From the IMG/VR virus record IMGVR_UViG_3300032232_000240, positions 1 through 58,061 of that record: a DNA stretch of 58,061 bases, one strand, 5' to 3'. This document shows, piece after piece, positions 27,314 through 36,984 of the stretch. The translations under genes and the position numbers were made by a program. The stretch is from a virus (lineage: Duplodnaviria; Caudoviricetes). The notes under the pieces were generated by a model that was not told the DNA's origin, did not search any database, and saw only the letters and a list, made by a program, of their open reading frames with translations. Each line of letters starts with the position of its first letter. Position 1 is the first letter of the stretch.

Positions 27314-27514
27314 ATGAACACACAATTCAGAACATTAGCGCGTAAAGCAATGGTTGAACGTGCATCTGGATTTAGAGAATTCGATGCTAATCTATTTGCT
27401 GAATTGATTGTGAAAGAATGTTGCCAAATGATGGTAGATTTGGAAAAGCAATACCCTGCCAATCTTACGGTATTGGAGATTAAAAAGCATTTTGGAGTTA
27501 ACGATGACCAATAA
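27314..27514 (+). CDS. Small FAELIVKEC-family protein
   Basis: GGGGG RBS; motif shared with 40882-41082. Confidence 0.6.
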   Translation: MNTQFRTLARKAMVERASGFREFDANLFAELIVKECCQMMVDLEKQYPANLTVLEIKKHFGVNDDQ

Positions 27515-27698
27515 AATTAAACATTACGCATGGATATGCGGATTGGTAGAAAGTAAAAACCCAACGGAAGAGGATATGTTTAATGCCAATCTATTCGCTA
27601 GGTTGTTATTGCATGAAGCTTTCTATCGGAATTATATGAAAGCCGCAGAATACGAAAAGCATTTCGAGATTAAACTGTTTGTATCAACGGAGGAATGA
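27504..27698 (+). CDS. Hypothetical protein
   Basis: GGAG RBS before ATG; NLFARLLLHE resembles the upstream gene. Confidence 0.5.
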   Translation: MTNKIKHYAWICGLVESKNPTEEDMFNANLFARLLLHEAFYRNYMKAAEYEKHFEIKLFVSTEE

Positions 27699-27699
27699 A

Positions 27700-27888
27700 A
27701 TGGAAAAGTATCAACTTGATATATTGAAACAGCTTCATAAAGCTGGCTATGCCATTTGTGTTTTCAACCCTGATGAATTAAACGGGGCTGATCAAATCAA
27801 AGTAGAAGATGCAATGATTGCGGCAGGATTTGATCTGATTAATTGTTATAATCGAGGAGTAATTAGTGAAGTATCAGAAAGCATTTGA
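27700..27888 (+). CDS. Hypothetical protein
   Basis: GGAGG RBS; GYAICVFNPDEL. Confidence 0.6.
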   Translation: MEKYQLDILKQLHKAGYAICVFNPDELNGADQIKVEDAMIAAGFDLINCYNRGVISEVSESI

Positions 27889-28114
27889 TATTTGGGCAAT
27901 GCCAAGTTCTTTTTATAAATTTATCCAGCCCGGACAATGGGTCTATGCTGGCGATAAGAGCAATATCGGTAGGTTTTATGGTGTAAAGAATACCGGCGTT
28001 GTAGTGGTTGCTTGGTTAAACAATGCTCGCAAGCATAAAAAACCAAGCGAATATTTTAAAACTATCCATACTTTTGCAGGAGCAAAGCATGTCCCTCGCT
28101 ACCATATTCTTTGA
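27866..28114 (+). CDS. Hypothetical protein
   Basis: GAGGAG RBS, GTG start; QPGQWVYAG motif. Confidence 0.6.
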   Translation: MKYQKAFDIWAMPSSFYKFIQPGQWVYAGDKSNIGRFYGVKNTGVVVVAWLNNARKHKKPSEYFKTIHTFAGAKHVPRYHIL

Positions 28115-28271
28115 GGAAAACTTCGACAAAGACATTCACATTGAATTGGAATGTATTGTCGCTGGTCTTAAAGTTGTTGAAGGCTTTGGAAAGGTTTCAT
28201 ACATCTTTCCTGATGGCTCTGCCATTACTATGTCAAACGTAACATTTGTGGAAGATTTAAATGCTGAATGA
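28089..28271 (+). CDS. Hypothetical protein
   Basis: AGGAG RBS; YIFPDGS. Confidence 0.5.
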   Translation: MSLATIFFEENFDKDIHIELECIVAGLKVVEGFGKVSYIFPDGSAITMSNVTFVEDLNAE

Positions 28272-28419
28272 TGACTTCATCAAGGCTTTGGAAGAAGCCA
28301 AAAAGAAATATGAAAGTTGCGACCATGTTTGGAAATTTGACGTTAACTTAGGTCGATGTTATAATCAATATAAATGCACCAAGTGTGGTGCGATAGATCG
28401 CGTTGATAGTGGTGATTGA
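28261..28419 (+). CDS. Small zinc-ribbon protein (below ORF-track cutoff)
   Basis: Hand translation: ...CDHVW...YKCTKCG..., 52 aa. Confidence 0.5.
   Translation: MLNDDFIKALEEAKKKYESCDHVWKFDVNLGRCYNQYKCTKCGAIDRVDSGD
28337..28365 (+). promoter_or_regulatory. Near-consensus sigma70 promoter
   Basis: TTGACG-N17-TATAAT with extended -10 TG. Confidence 0.7.
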
Positions 28420-28469
28420 AAAGACTTTGTTTGTTTTCCTTTAATATTTTTATCTTTGGAGTTTTTGTT

Positions 28470-29312
28470 ATGTTTACTACCCCTACCCTACCCGCTTCTC
28501 TTGACTTTACCCCTGTTCGCGAGCCTGTTACTCGCAATGGTAATGTTGTGCCTAATATGTTCTGGGTTATTAATCCACTCAATGATGCAATCATTGGTGA
28601 TGGTAAGTCCCGGCATGCTGTTACCAATTACACCACAATGTGGGAAAGTCTTTGGGATGGTTTGAAACAATCAACCCTCGATCTTTCTAATGCAGTTGTC
28701 AAAGCTGATGCAATTGGCAATGGTGCGGCAATGCGAGCAGAGATTGTATTGCCCAATCACAACTTTGAAAAGCGTTTGGGTGAAGCCGCTCAAATGAAAA
28801 TTGTCATCTCTGATTCGCATGATCAAACTGTTCGACGCCAAGTAAAAGCAATGATTATGCGTTTGGCTTGTCTCAATGGCATGATTAGTGCTAAGGAAAA
28901 CATTGGCTTTGCTCAAAAGCATACGACAATGAATGATCCTGAATTGATTGGCACAATTGCCAGTGGTTGGTTGCCTAAATTGGAATCTGACGCAGACCTA
29001 ATGCGTGAGATGGTTTCGATTCCAATTGGAAAGGATTTGGCTGTAGAGTTCTATCGTGAACATGTTGCCAAATACAAAACCAATACTGGTCTTGTAAAGA
29101 TCAATGAGAAAATGCTTGAACGCATTGTGGCTATTCACAATAGCTACGAAATGGGCAACAATGCATATCGTGTTTATAACACGCTAACGCATATGTCAAC
29201 TCACGTTGATAAAGCTCGCGGTGAAAGCGATGATGGTCGCAAACGTCTTCGCATTGAGCAAGACATTGAAGCTGTTATTCGCGGCCCATTTGCCGAATTG
29301 CTTGCACATTAA
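28470..29312 (+). CDS. DUF932/DUF945-like protein
   Basis: SHD...RLACLNGM...KHT and NAYRVYNTLTH motifs; GGAG RBS. Confidence 0.75.
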   Translation: MFTTPTLPASLDFTPVREPVTRNGNVVPNMFWVINPLNDAIIGDGKSRHAVTNYTTMWESLWDGLKQSTLDLSNAVVKADAIGNGAAMRAEIVLPNHNFEKRLGEAAQMKIVISDSHDQTVRRQVKAMIMRLACLNGMISAKENIGFAQKHTTMNDPELIGTIASGWLPKLESDADLMREMVSIPIGKDLAVEFYREHVAKYKTNTGLVKINEKMLERIVAIHNSYEMGNNAYRVYNTLTHMSTHVDKARGESDDGRKRLRIEQDIEAVIRGPFAELLAH

Positions 29313-29319
29313 TTAAACC

Positions 29320-29348
29320 GGAAAGCCGTGACATTGTTGCGGCTTTCC
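29320..29348 (+). terminator. GC-rich hairpin after the DUF932 gene (weak U-tract)
   Basis: GGAAAGCCGTGAC-ATT-GTTGCGGCTTTCC. Confidence 0.4.
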
Positions 29349-29368
29349 CCACTTTAAAGGAAAGGACA

Positions 29369-29524
29369 ATGGCTCCATACATTTTACATTGGAAGTTTGA
29401 AAGCGGAAATGCTTATTGGAAAACATTTGAATCCATGTGGGAAATGCACCACTTTATTGATAGCTGTGGCCTTTATAGCCATCCTTATATCGTTAGCGTG
29501 GAGATGAAAGAAAATGAAGGGTGA
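29369..29524 (+). CDS. Small hypothetical protein (below ORF-track cutoff)
   Basis: AAGGAAAGGA RBS; MAPYILHWKF..., 51 aa. Confidence 0.45.
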   Translation: MAPYILHWKFESGNAYWKTFESMWEMHHFIDSCGLYSHPYIVSVEMKENEG

Positions 29525-29637
29525 TAATCCACAAGACTTGGCACAAAGACGCAAGCAATTAAAGCGCATAGAAATATGGCTTGCCGCTTTCATAAAGAAA
29601 GCATATCCACATCCTTTTAATATTGCAGGAATAACTA

Positions 29638-30471
29638 ATGACGTTAGATGAATCTATGGGTTGTTTTATTGGTGGTGCTATTGGTGATGCGTTGGGAGGG
29701 CCTGTAGAGTTTAAAACTGGAGGCTCTTTCCCACTTGTTACTGAAATGATTGGTGGTGGTGCTTTTAATTTAGCAGAAGGGGAATGGACAGACGATACAG
29801 CAATGGCGATATGCATTGCTGACGCTTATATCAAATCACGGCGATTTAATTCTTCCGCTATTGTACACAATTTCCAATTGTGGTTGGAGAATGGAAGCTT
29901 TGGAACTAGAGATCATTGTTTTGATATAGGCATTACTACCCACAATAGTTTGTTTAATGCAACCGAAAGGCGTCCTTATGCCGGGGAGAATGTCAAAGAT
30001 GCTTCTGGTAATGGTTCTATTATGCGTTCCGCACCTATTGCCATATTCAATTGGAGAAATCCTTATGACGCAGTTGCTGATGGTATTGCATGCTCTTTAA
30101 TCACTCATGGCAATACTGACACAATTCGCTACATGACAGCATGGATGGCAGAATTGTTAGAAGGAAAGCAAATAGAACAATTCTATCGGCTTCGCCCATA
30201 TAACTTTAGGCAAGAGAACGGAAAGGGTTCTATTATGTATGCATACAATAGAGCATGGGATTGTGTTTTGTCTACAAGTTCTTTTGAAGAAGCTGTTGTC
30301 AAAGCCGTTAATTTTGGTGATGACGCTGATACCGTTGGTGCTGTTACAGGCATTCTTGCTGGTAGAATATATGGATACAAAAACATTCCACAACGCTGGC
30401 TTGATAAACTATTTCAGCTAAAATATCTAGAGAGGATTACTCGCATTTTACATTCTATAGGACATCTATGA
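29638..30471 (+). CDS. ADP-ribosylglycohydrolase (DraG/ARH family)
   Basis: GGAIGDALG, WTDDT, FDIG, GNGSIMR, GDDADT metal-binding motifs all intact. Confidence 0.92.
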   Translation: MTLDESMGCFIGGAIGDALGGPVEFKTGGSFPLVTEMIGGGAFNLAEGEWTDDTAMAICIADAYIKSRRFNSSAIVHNFQLWLENGSFGTRDHCFDIGITTHNSLFNATERRPYAGENVKDASGNGSIMRSAPIAIFNWRNPYDAVADGIACSLITHGNTDTIRYMTAWMAELLEGKQIEQFYRLRPYNFRQENGKGSIMYAYNRAWDCVLSTSSFEEAVVKAVNFGDDADTVGAVTGILAGRIYGYKNIPQRWLDKLFQLKYLERITRILHSIGHL

Positions 30472-30671
30472 ATCAACTTAAAGACAATAAAGGAAACACT
30501 TGGAATCCTTATGTATTAGGCTATGAATCAGAAGGAATGCATTTTGGTATTGTTTTTTATGCAATATCAAAAGAGCATGCCTCATTGGTTTTGGAAGACA
30601 TCAAAGACACAGGACAATTAGTGGGTGAAATTAAAAAGCGCCCAATCGAAGATGATAGTTCTGCGTTATGA
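30468..30671 (+). CDS. Hypothetical protein
   Basis: Coupled to both neighbours; YAISKEHA. Confidence 0.6.
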   Translation: MNQLKDNKGNTWNPYVLGYESEGMHFGIVFYAISKEHASLVLEDIKDTGQLVGEIKKRPIEDDSSAL

Positions 30672-31540
30672 AAGTGTCTAGACTTATTACTAATTACCTG
30701 CTTTCTGATACATATAAAAATCTTTCTCCTAAGACTCAAAATGATTATGTATTTTATTTATCTAAATGGTATTCACCAGAACTTTTAGATAGAGCAATAT
30801 CCACAATCAAAACATCTGAGTGGCAAAGTCTTTATGATGATTTGTGTATAAACACACCATCATTGGCAATACACACTTTGGCTACATGGAGAACGGTTTT
30901 TAAATATGCTGTTGGTAAAGGCTATTTAAAAACTAACACTTTGAGAGAAGTCGTTAGGAAGCCCTACAAGCGTCGATCAGTATGTTGGACTAGGGAAGAT
31001 ATTAGCAAGTTCTTAAACGTCGCCTATAGCCGGTTTGAGGGCCGTTCTATAGGGCTTATGGTACAGATGGCTCATGAGTGGGGACAAAGAGTTGGGGATT
31101 TGAGAGTTTTGCAATGGGATAATTATTGTCTACAAACAGGAGTGGTTACAATACCCAAAACAAAAAGAAAAGAAGCAACAACCATACCATCAAGTAAGCA
31201 ATTGATGGAAATGCTTAGTAAACAATATGAAGACTACGGATGGCAAAAATATGTAGTACCATCTGCTAAATCTGACAAAGAAGGAGGTCTATTACCTTAC
31301 ACAGCCGTTCGCATCTCTCAAATAGCAAATAAAATAAAAGAAGCTGCTGGTGTTGCGCCAGAACTACAGATTTCAGATTTAAAGCGCACTGCCTTGACAG
31401 AGATGCTAGAGTACGGAATCCCGCTACACAATATCATGTCAATAACAGGACATTCTAGTCCTTACGCATTAAATCCTTATATTAAACATTCATTAGCATT
31501 GTCATCAGAAGCAATGCGAATGAGAAAATTAATTGAATAA
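30668..31540 (+). CDS. Tyrosine recombinase/integrase
   Basis: GQRVGD (R), KTK (K), DLKRT (HxxR variant), TGH, PY (catalytic Tyr). Confidence 0.85.
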   Translation: MKVSRLITNYLLSDTYKNLSPKTQNDYVFYLSKWYSPELLDRAISTIKTSEWQSLYDDLCINTPSLAIHTLATWRTVFKYAVGKGYLKTNTLREVVRKPYKRRSVCWTREDISKFLNVAYSRFEGRSIGLMVQMAHEWGQRVGDLRVLQWDNYCLQTGVVTIPKTKRKEATTIPSSKQLMEMLSKQYEDYGWQKYVVPSAKSDKEGGLLPYTAVRISQIANKIKEAAGVAPELQISDLKRTALTEMLEYGIPLHNIMSITGHSSPYALNPYIKHSLALSSEAMRMRKLIE

Positions 31541-31545
31541 ATTAT

Positions 31546-33132
31546 ATGTTTATACAAACGCATCAACCTTGTAGTCATTGTGGTAGCAGTGATGGTAGAG
31601 CAATCAATGCTGATGGAAGTAGTAAATGCTTTGTATGCAATGTATTTACTATTGGAAATTCAGAAGCTGTTCAACAACCTAATAGGAAAAAACCTATGTC
31701 AGCATTACGTTATGAAAAAGGTATTTCAGTTTCAATTGCTGATCGCAGAATAACAAAAGCATCAGCAGAACGCTATGGTGTTGTAAGAGAAAACAACGCA
31801 TACATTTTTCCTTATTACAATAACAGCAATGCCATTGTCGCTGTAAAGTATCGGGAAATTGCAGAAAAGAAATTCACTATTGATGGTGAATGGGCAGATG
31901 GTTTATTGTTTGGTCAACAATTGTTTCCCGCTGGTGGAAAATACATCACCATTGTAGAAGGTGAGATGGATGCATTGGCATGCTTTCAAATGACAGGAAG
32001 CAAATATCCTTGTGTTTCTATTCGCAATGGTGTTGCATCAGCAATTAAAGACTGCAAGAAACAATACGAATATCTTAACAGCTTTGAAACCATTGTTGTT
32101 TGTTTCGATGGTGATGAGGTAGGTATTAAAGCTTCAAGAGAAGTTGCCGAATTGTTTGGAAGCAAAGCAAAAGTATTTAAGCATTTACCGGAGTACAAAG
32201 ATGCATGCGATTGGCTCAAGGATAGCAAAGAAGCTTCGTTCGTTCAGCGTTGGTGGAGTAGTGAGCAATATGTTCCTGATGGTATCGTGTGTGGCAGTAG
32301 CTTATGGGATGCTATTGCTAAGCCGGTGGCTCCAGCAGATTGCCTATACCCTTGGACTGGCTTAAATGCATTGACATATGGCATTCGCAAGGGTGAATTG
32401 GTTTGTGTTACTGCTGGTTCTGGATTGGGCAAGAGTCAAACATTGAAAGAAATTGTTTGGCATTTGCTTCAGCACACTGAAGATAAGATTGGCTTGATGT
32501 TTCTTGAAGAGAGTGTAAAGAAAACATCTTTGTCTTTAATGTCACTGGCGGCTAACATGCCATTGCATCTACCAGATGTTGTTGTCAATGATGAAGAAAA
32601 GCGTAATGCTTTTGATGTTACATTAGGAACGGATAGGATTTATTTGTTTGATCACTTTGGAAGTACATCAATTGATAACATCATTAGCCGTGTTCGTTAC
32701 ATGGCAAAAGCCCTTGATTGTAAATATGTATTTGTCGATCATATTTCAATCATCATCTCTGCTCAAGAGAATGGAGATGAGCGTAAAGCAATTGATGAAA
32801 TCATGACAAAGCTTCGCATGTTGGTACAGGAAACTAACATTGCTTTGATTATTGTTTCCCATTTAAAGCGTCCAGCAGACAAGGGGCATGAAGAAGGTGC
32901 AGTTACGTCATTGGCTCAATTGCGTGGTAGTGGTTCCATTGCTCAGCTATCTGATATGGTTATTGGTTTGGAACGGAATGGTCAAGCACCTGATGAACAA
33001 ACACGAAATCTCACGCATGTCAGAGTATTGAAGAACAGATATAGCGGAACTACTGGACCCGCATGCCAATTGCTTTACAATAAACATACAGGGAGAATGC
33101 TGGAATATATTGAGGAAGAACCCGCTCTTTGA
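31546..33132 (+). CDS. T7 gp4-like primase-helicase
   Basis: Zn finger CSHC..CFVC, TOPRIM EGEMD/FDGD, Walker A GSGLGKS, DHISII, LRGSGSIAQLSD. Confidence 0.95.
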   Translation: MFIQTHQPCSHCGSSDGRAINADGSSKCFVCNVFTIGNSEAVQQPNRKKPMSALRYEKGISVSIADRRITKASAERYGVVRENNAYIFPYYNNSNAIVAVKYREIAEKKFTIDGEWADGLLFGQQLFPAGGKYITIVEGEMDALACFQMTGSKYPCVSIRNGVASAIKDCKKQYEYLNSFETIVVCFDGDEVGIKASREVAELFGSKAKVFKHLPEYKDACDWLKDSKEASFVQRWWSSEQYVPDGIVCGSSLWDAIAKPVAPADCLYPWTGLNALTYGIRKGELVCVTAGSGLGKSQTLKEIVWHLLQHTEDKIGLMFLEESVKKTSLSLMSLAANMPLHLPDVVVNDEEKRNAFDVTLGTDRIYLFDHFGSTSIDNIISRVRYMAKALDCKYVFVDHISIIISAQENGDERKAIDEIMTKLRMLVQETNIALIIVSHLKRPADKGHEEGAVTSLAQLRGSGSIAQLSDMVIGLERNGQAPDEQTRNLTHVRVLKNRYSGTTGPACQLLYNKHTGRMLEYIEEEPAL

Positions 33133-33165
33133 TTTGCCTTTAAACTTTTCTATAGAGATCAGTAG

Positions 33166-34872
33166 ATGATATTCTTAGATATTGAAACAAACCTTGCCCA
33201 CGATAAGATTTGGCTTTGCGTTACTTATGACTCCCGCAAAGACAAGACTATGCGTTGGCTTTCCCCTACTGGATTACAGGAATACTTAAATGATGTTACG
33301 GTATGTGGGCATAACATTATTGGCTTTGATGCCCCTGTTCTTAACAGAGTTTGGAATGTGGTTATTCCGGATGAACTATTGGTGGACACCCTTGTTATGG
33401 CTAGGCTTTATAAGCCTGATATTGATCCTATCATGGTGGATGGTAAGCAGGAAAAACATTCGTTAGCAGGATGGGGTGCTAGACTTGGGCATGCTAAAGG
33501 AAACTTCACTGATTTCGATAGCGGCTTTAGCGAAGAGATGTACACTTATTGTGTACAAGACGTAAACGTCACTTACGAACTATTCAATCATCTCCAAGTT
33601 GAGATGAAGAAGTTTGCCCAACAAAGTATTAATTGGGAACATGACGTTGCCGTCATCTGCAATAGGATGCAGAACAATGGGTTTGCTTTTGATGAGCAGA
33701 AAGCCATGACATTGCAAGCACAATTGTCTGGACGTATGGCTGACATTGAAAACAAAATGCAAGAGGTGTTTCCTCCCATTGTTGAGCAACGTATTTCAGA
33801 GAAGACTGGCAAGCCCTTGAAGGACAAAACAACCGTCTTTAATCCCGGTAGTCGCCAACAGATTGCGGATCGTTTACAGGGGCTAGGAGTAGTGTTTTCA
33901 AAGCATACTGAGAAGGGTTCCATCATTGTCGATGAAGCAGTGTTAGAGACAATTGATTTGCCAGAAGCAAAGCTAGTGTCTGAATATCTTATGCTTCAGA
34001 AACGTGTTGCTCAAATCAATAGCTGGCTTGAATTGGTTGGTAAAGACGGTCGCATTCATGGACGCATTATTACTAATGGTGCTGTTACAGGACGTTGTAG
34101 TCACCATAGTCCCAATCTAGCCCAAGTACCTGCTGTTGGTAGTCCTTATGGAGCAGAATGCCGTGAGATGTTTATTGTCCCCAAAAGAAAAAGTCTTGTT
34201 GGTGTTGACTTGTCTGGTATTGAGCTTCGATGTCTTTCTCATTATATGCAGGATCGTGATTGGCAGTTAGAGCTTTTAACTGGTGACATTCACTGGCGTA
34301 ATGCTCAAAGCTTTGGGCTTATTCCTAAAGGCACTGTCAAGGATGAGCATAACAGCGAGCATAAGAAAGCTAGGAACATCACCAAGACTTTGACATATGC
34401 CATGCTATATGGCGCTGGCCCTGCAAAGATTGCATCTACTATTGGTGTAACCACTGGGAAAGCAAGGACACTAATCGACAACTTCCTTACCAATACACCA
34501 GCATTGGTCAAGCTTAAGTCTAAGATTGCAACCACTATAGAAAAGCATGGCACATTGCCGGGGCTTGACGGTAGGCAATTGTGGATAAGAAGTCAGCATG
34601 CGGCGTTGAATACTTTGCTTCAATCAGCAGGAGCTATTATTGCCAAGCAATGGCTCATAAAAGCAACACTGTTGTTGAAAGTTAAAGGTATTGATGCTAA
34701 GCTTGTGGCTTTCGTACATGATGAAACGCAATGGGAAGTTGCTGAAGCTGATGCTGACGAGGCTATGCAAGCAATCATCCATGCGGCAAGTCTAGCGGGG
34801 AATGCTTTACAATTTCGTTGTCCAGTTGCAGCGGAAGGGAAGATTGGGACCAACTGGCGTGAATGTCACTGA
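33166..34872 (+). CDS. Family A DNA polymerase with 3'-5' exonuclease
   Basis: DIET, HNIIGFD, YCVQDV exo motifs; DLSGIELR, KTLTYAMLYG, VHDE polymerase motifs. Confidence 0.95.
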   Translation: MIFLDIETNLAHDKIWLCVTYDSRKDKTMRWLSPTGLQEYLNDVTVCGHNIIGFDAPVLNRVWNVVIPDELLVDTLVMARLYKPDIDPIMVDGKQEKHSLAGWGARLGHAKGNFTDFDSGFSEEMYTYCVQDVNVTYELFNHLQVEMKKFAQQSINWEHDVAVICNRMQNNGFAFDEQKAMTLQAQLSGRMADIENKMQEVFPPIVEQRISEKTGKPLKDKTTVFNPGSRQQIADRLQGLGVVFSKHTEKGSIIVDEAVLETIDLPEAKLVSEYLMLQKRVAQINSWLELVGKDGRIHGRIITNGAVTGRCSHHSPNLAQVPAVGSPYGAECREMFIVPKRKSLVGVDLSGIELRCLSHYMQDRDWQLELLTGDIHWRNAQSFGLIPKGTVKDEHNSEHKKARNITKTLTYAMLYGAGPAKIASTIGVTTGKARTLIDNFLTNTPALVKLKSKIATTIEKHGTLPGLDGRQLWIRSQHAALNTLLQSAGAIIAKQWLIKATLLLKVKGIDAKLVAFVHDETQWEVAEADADEAMQAIIHAASLAGNALQFRCPVAAEGKIGTNWRECH

Positions 34873-34914
34873 CGTAACTAGTGAATTTTCTTTTAAAAAC
34901 TTTTGGAGTTTATT

Positions 34915-35325
34915 ATGTCTAACGACAAACAGCGTGTGAAGATTGCTTGTGATATTTTTTGGGCACAATTGAGCAAGCCTAACGAAATGTCAGGTAAGTA
35001 TCAAGTTAACCTTTGCAATCTTTCTGATGCCGCTATTGCCGCATTGGAAGGGATGGGTGTTAGTGTTTCTAATCGCGAAGATAAGCCAGAGATGGGTAAC
35101 TACATCACTTGCAAGTCAGCGAATGCTATCCGCGCTTATGATGCTGATGGTATTGAAATCACTGGTAACATTGGTAACAATAGCAAAGGTCGTGCAGTTG
35201 TTTCTAGTTACGAGTGGAAATACAAAAACAAGAAAGGAGTTAGTCCCTCTCTTGTTAAGCTTGTCGTAACTGAATTGATTGAGTACGGTGTTGAATCCGT
35301 TGAAGATGAAGAGGTGGTTCTGTGA
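34915..35325 (+). CDS. Single-stranded DNA-binding protein (T7 gp2.5-like role)
   Basis: After polymerase; SGKYQV, IGNNS, acidic C-terminal tail. Confidence 0.7.
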   Translation: MSNDKQRVKIACDIFWAQLSKPNEMSGKYQVNLCNLSDAAIAALEGMGVSVSNREDKPEMGNYITCKSANAIRAYDADGIEITGNIGNNSKGRAVVSSYEWKYKNKKGVSPSLVKLVVTELIEYGVESVEDEEVVL

Positions 35326-35531
35326 ATAAAGATCTGTTTCAATTTGAGTTGAACGTAGACCAAGTTAATTTGGTTTTGGCTGGTTTGGGTAAGCTTCCAC
35401 TTGAACTTTCTTTTGATTTGTTTGCCGCTATTCGTGGCGCAGTGATTCAGAAGCAACAAAGTCAGGCACAACCCAAATCAATGGGTGAGTTGTTTGATGA
35501 AGAGGAAGCTAAAATAGGAATGACTGAATAA
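35322..35531 (+). CDS. Hypothetical protein
   Basis: GAGGTGG RBS, GTGA overlap. Confidence 0.6.
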   Translation: MNKDLFQFELNVDQVNLVLAGLGKLPLELSFDLFAAIRGAVIQKQQSQAQPKSMGELFDEEEAKIGMTE

Positions 35532-36214
35532 TGATCGCTCTTCTGGACTCCGATATAATTGCATATCGAATTTCCTTTGCATGCAAAGATGATGATTTGG
35601 TAACAGCCCTTTCAACTTTGGATGTATACATTGCAGATATTCTTTTATTAGGAGTTCCAGAAGTAACAGATTTTAAGTTGTTCTTAACAGGTAAAGGCAA
35701 TTTCCGAAAAGAGATTGCCGTTACCGCTGAATACAAAGGCAATAGAAAAGATATTGAAAAACCCCACCATCTTGAAGCAATTAGATCTTTCTTAATTGAA
35801 CATTGGGGAGCAATAGTTTCTATTGGACAAGAAGCAGATGATGACATAGCTATAGCTGCTACCACTATTGGTGAAGAAGGTTGTGTCATTGTTTCTTTAG
35901 ATAAAGATTTAGATCAAATATCTGGTCATCATTACAACTTTGTAAAGAAGACTAAATATTATATAGATAAACCAACCGCTGTATTAAATTTCTATAAACA
36001 AATATTAACTGGTGATACAGCAGATAATATTATAGGTATTAAAGGTATTGGTCCAGCTAAAGCCGCAAAGCTATTAGCAGATTGTACTAATGAAAAAGAA
36101 TTGTATCAAGCGTGTATTGATGCATATGAAGGTGACATAAATCGTGTGCATGAAAATGCACAACTACTTTATCTACTAAGAAAGGAAAATGAAAAATGGA
36201 CCAACCCACTTTGA
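35531..36214 (+). CDS. 5'-3' exonuclease / RNase H (T7 gp6/FEN-like)
   Basis: DSDIIAY, YKGNR, EADD, DKDL, GDTADNIIGIKGIGPAKA. Confidence 0.92.
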   Translation: MIALLDSDIIAYRISFACKDDDLVTALSTLDVYIADILLLGVPEVTDFKLFLTGKGNFRKEIAVTAEYKGNRKDIEKPHHLEAIRSFLIEHWGAIVSIGQEADDDIAIAATTIGEEGCVIVSLDKDLDQISGHHYNFVKKTKYYIDKPTAVLNFYKQILTGDTADNIIGIKGIGPAKAAKLLADCTNEKELYQACIDAYEGDINRVHENAQLLYLLRKENEKWTNPL

Positions 36215-36522
36215 AGACAGAACCCAATGACGTATGTATTGTGTTACGTCCTACTAATTATACTGATAATTGGGACGGCGAATTTGAGGTGATTATTGGA
36301 ACAGTAGAAAATAAAATGTCTGAAGAAGACGCAGATAGTCTTCTAAATACAGCCATGCTTATGGCATCTGTTATTCCTTTAATGGATTCAGATGAGCGAG
36401 CCGCTAAGATTATTGAACGCTTCTTTCATAAGTTTTATGAAGAAAGCGAGAATGTCGAATTTGGTTATGATGAACCAACTAAACTAACCCAACGCACCAA
36501 AACTGTAGGGGGTAAACATTGA
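36196..36522 (+). CDS. Hypothetical protein
   Basis: 108 aa, overlaps both neighbours. Confidence 0.6.
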   Translation: MDQPTLKTEPNDVCIVLRPTNYTDNWDGEFEVIIGTVENKMSEEDADSLLNTAMLMASVIPLMDSDERAAKIIERFFHKFYEESENVEFGYDEPTKLTQRTKTVGGKH

Positions 36523-36776
36523 ATATTGAAGAGACACTAAAAGATAGGGGATCTCTTTATGGTAATTACGAAACCCTTGCTACTACAGCACAACAATTAA
36601 AAGACGTTGTGCGAATGGGTGCGAATTATGATAGTTTGTCGATGCCAATGAAAGAAAGTGTTGATATGATTTGTCACAAGATTGCTCGCATTGTTAATGG
36701 AGGCCAGCCGCAAGAGATTGATCATTGGCATGACATAGCTGGTTATGCGAAGCTTGTTGAAGATATTCTTTATTAA
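36519..36776 (+). CDS. DUF6378-like protein
   Basis: RGSLYG, HKIARI, DHWHDIAGYA. Confidence 0.7.
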   Translation: MNIEETLKDRGSLYGNYETLATTAQQLKDVVRMGANYDSLSMPMKESVDMICHKIARIVNGGQPQEIDHWHDIAGYAKLVEDILY

Positions 36777-36786
36777 AGGAAACTAA

Positions 36787-36984
36787 ATGATTACTATTAC
36801 TACTGAATTGGAAATTGCTATTCCTAAGTCTGAAATTCCTGCTGGCTTGCTTGCAGATGAAGAAGTGTTACATGAAGCTATAGTGGAGGCTTTGTCACAA
36901 GCTTTTGCTGGTTTGGGAGCAACCGACGATGATGTAGTAATTACATATCTTGACATCGAAGGTTTGCATGACGAAGAAGACTAG
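36787..36984 (+). CDS. Acidic hypothetical protein
   Basis: AAGGA RBS; 65 aa, very D/E-rich. Confidence 0.6.
   Translation: MITITTELEIAIPKSEIPAGLLADEEVLHEAIVEALSQAFAGLGATDDDVVITYLDIEGLHDEED

Noticed and set aside
23603-31540. T7-like single-subunit RNA polymerase
   Set aside because: No ORF of suitable size or motifs anywhere in the window
33166-34872. DnaJ-like zinc-finger insertion of HMO-2011-type polymerases, or an intein/intron
   Set aside because: No CxxCxGxG repeats; the polymerase is compact and uninterrupted
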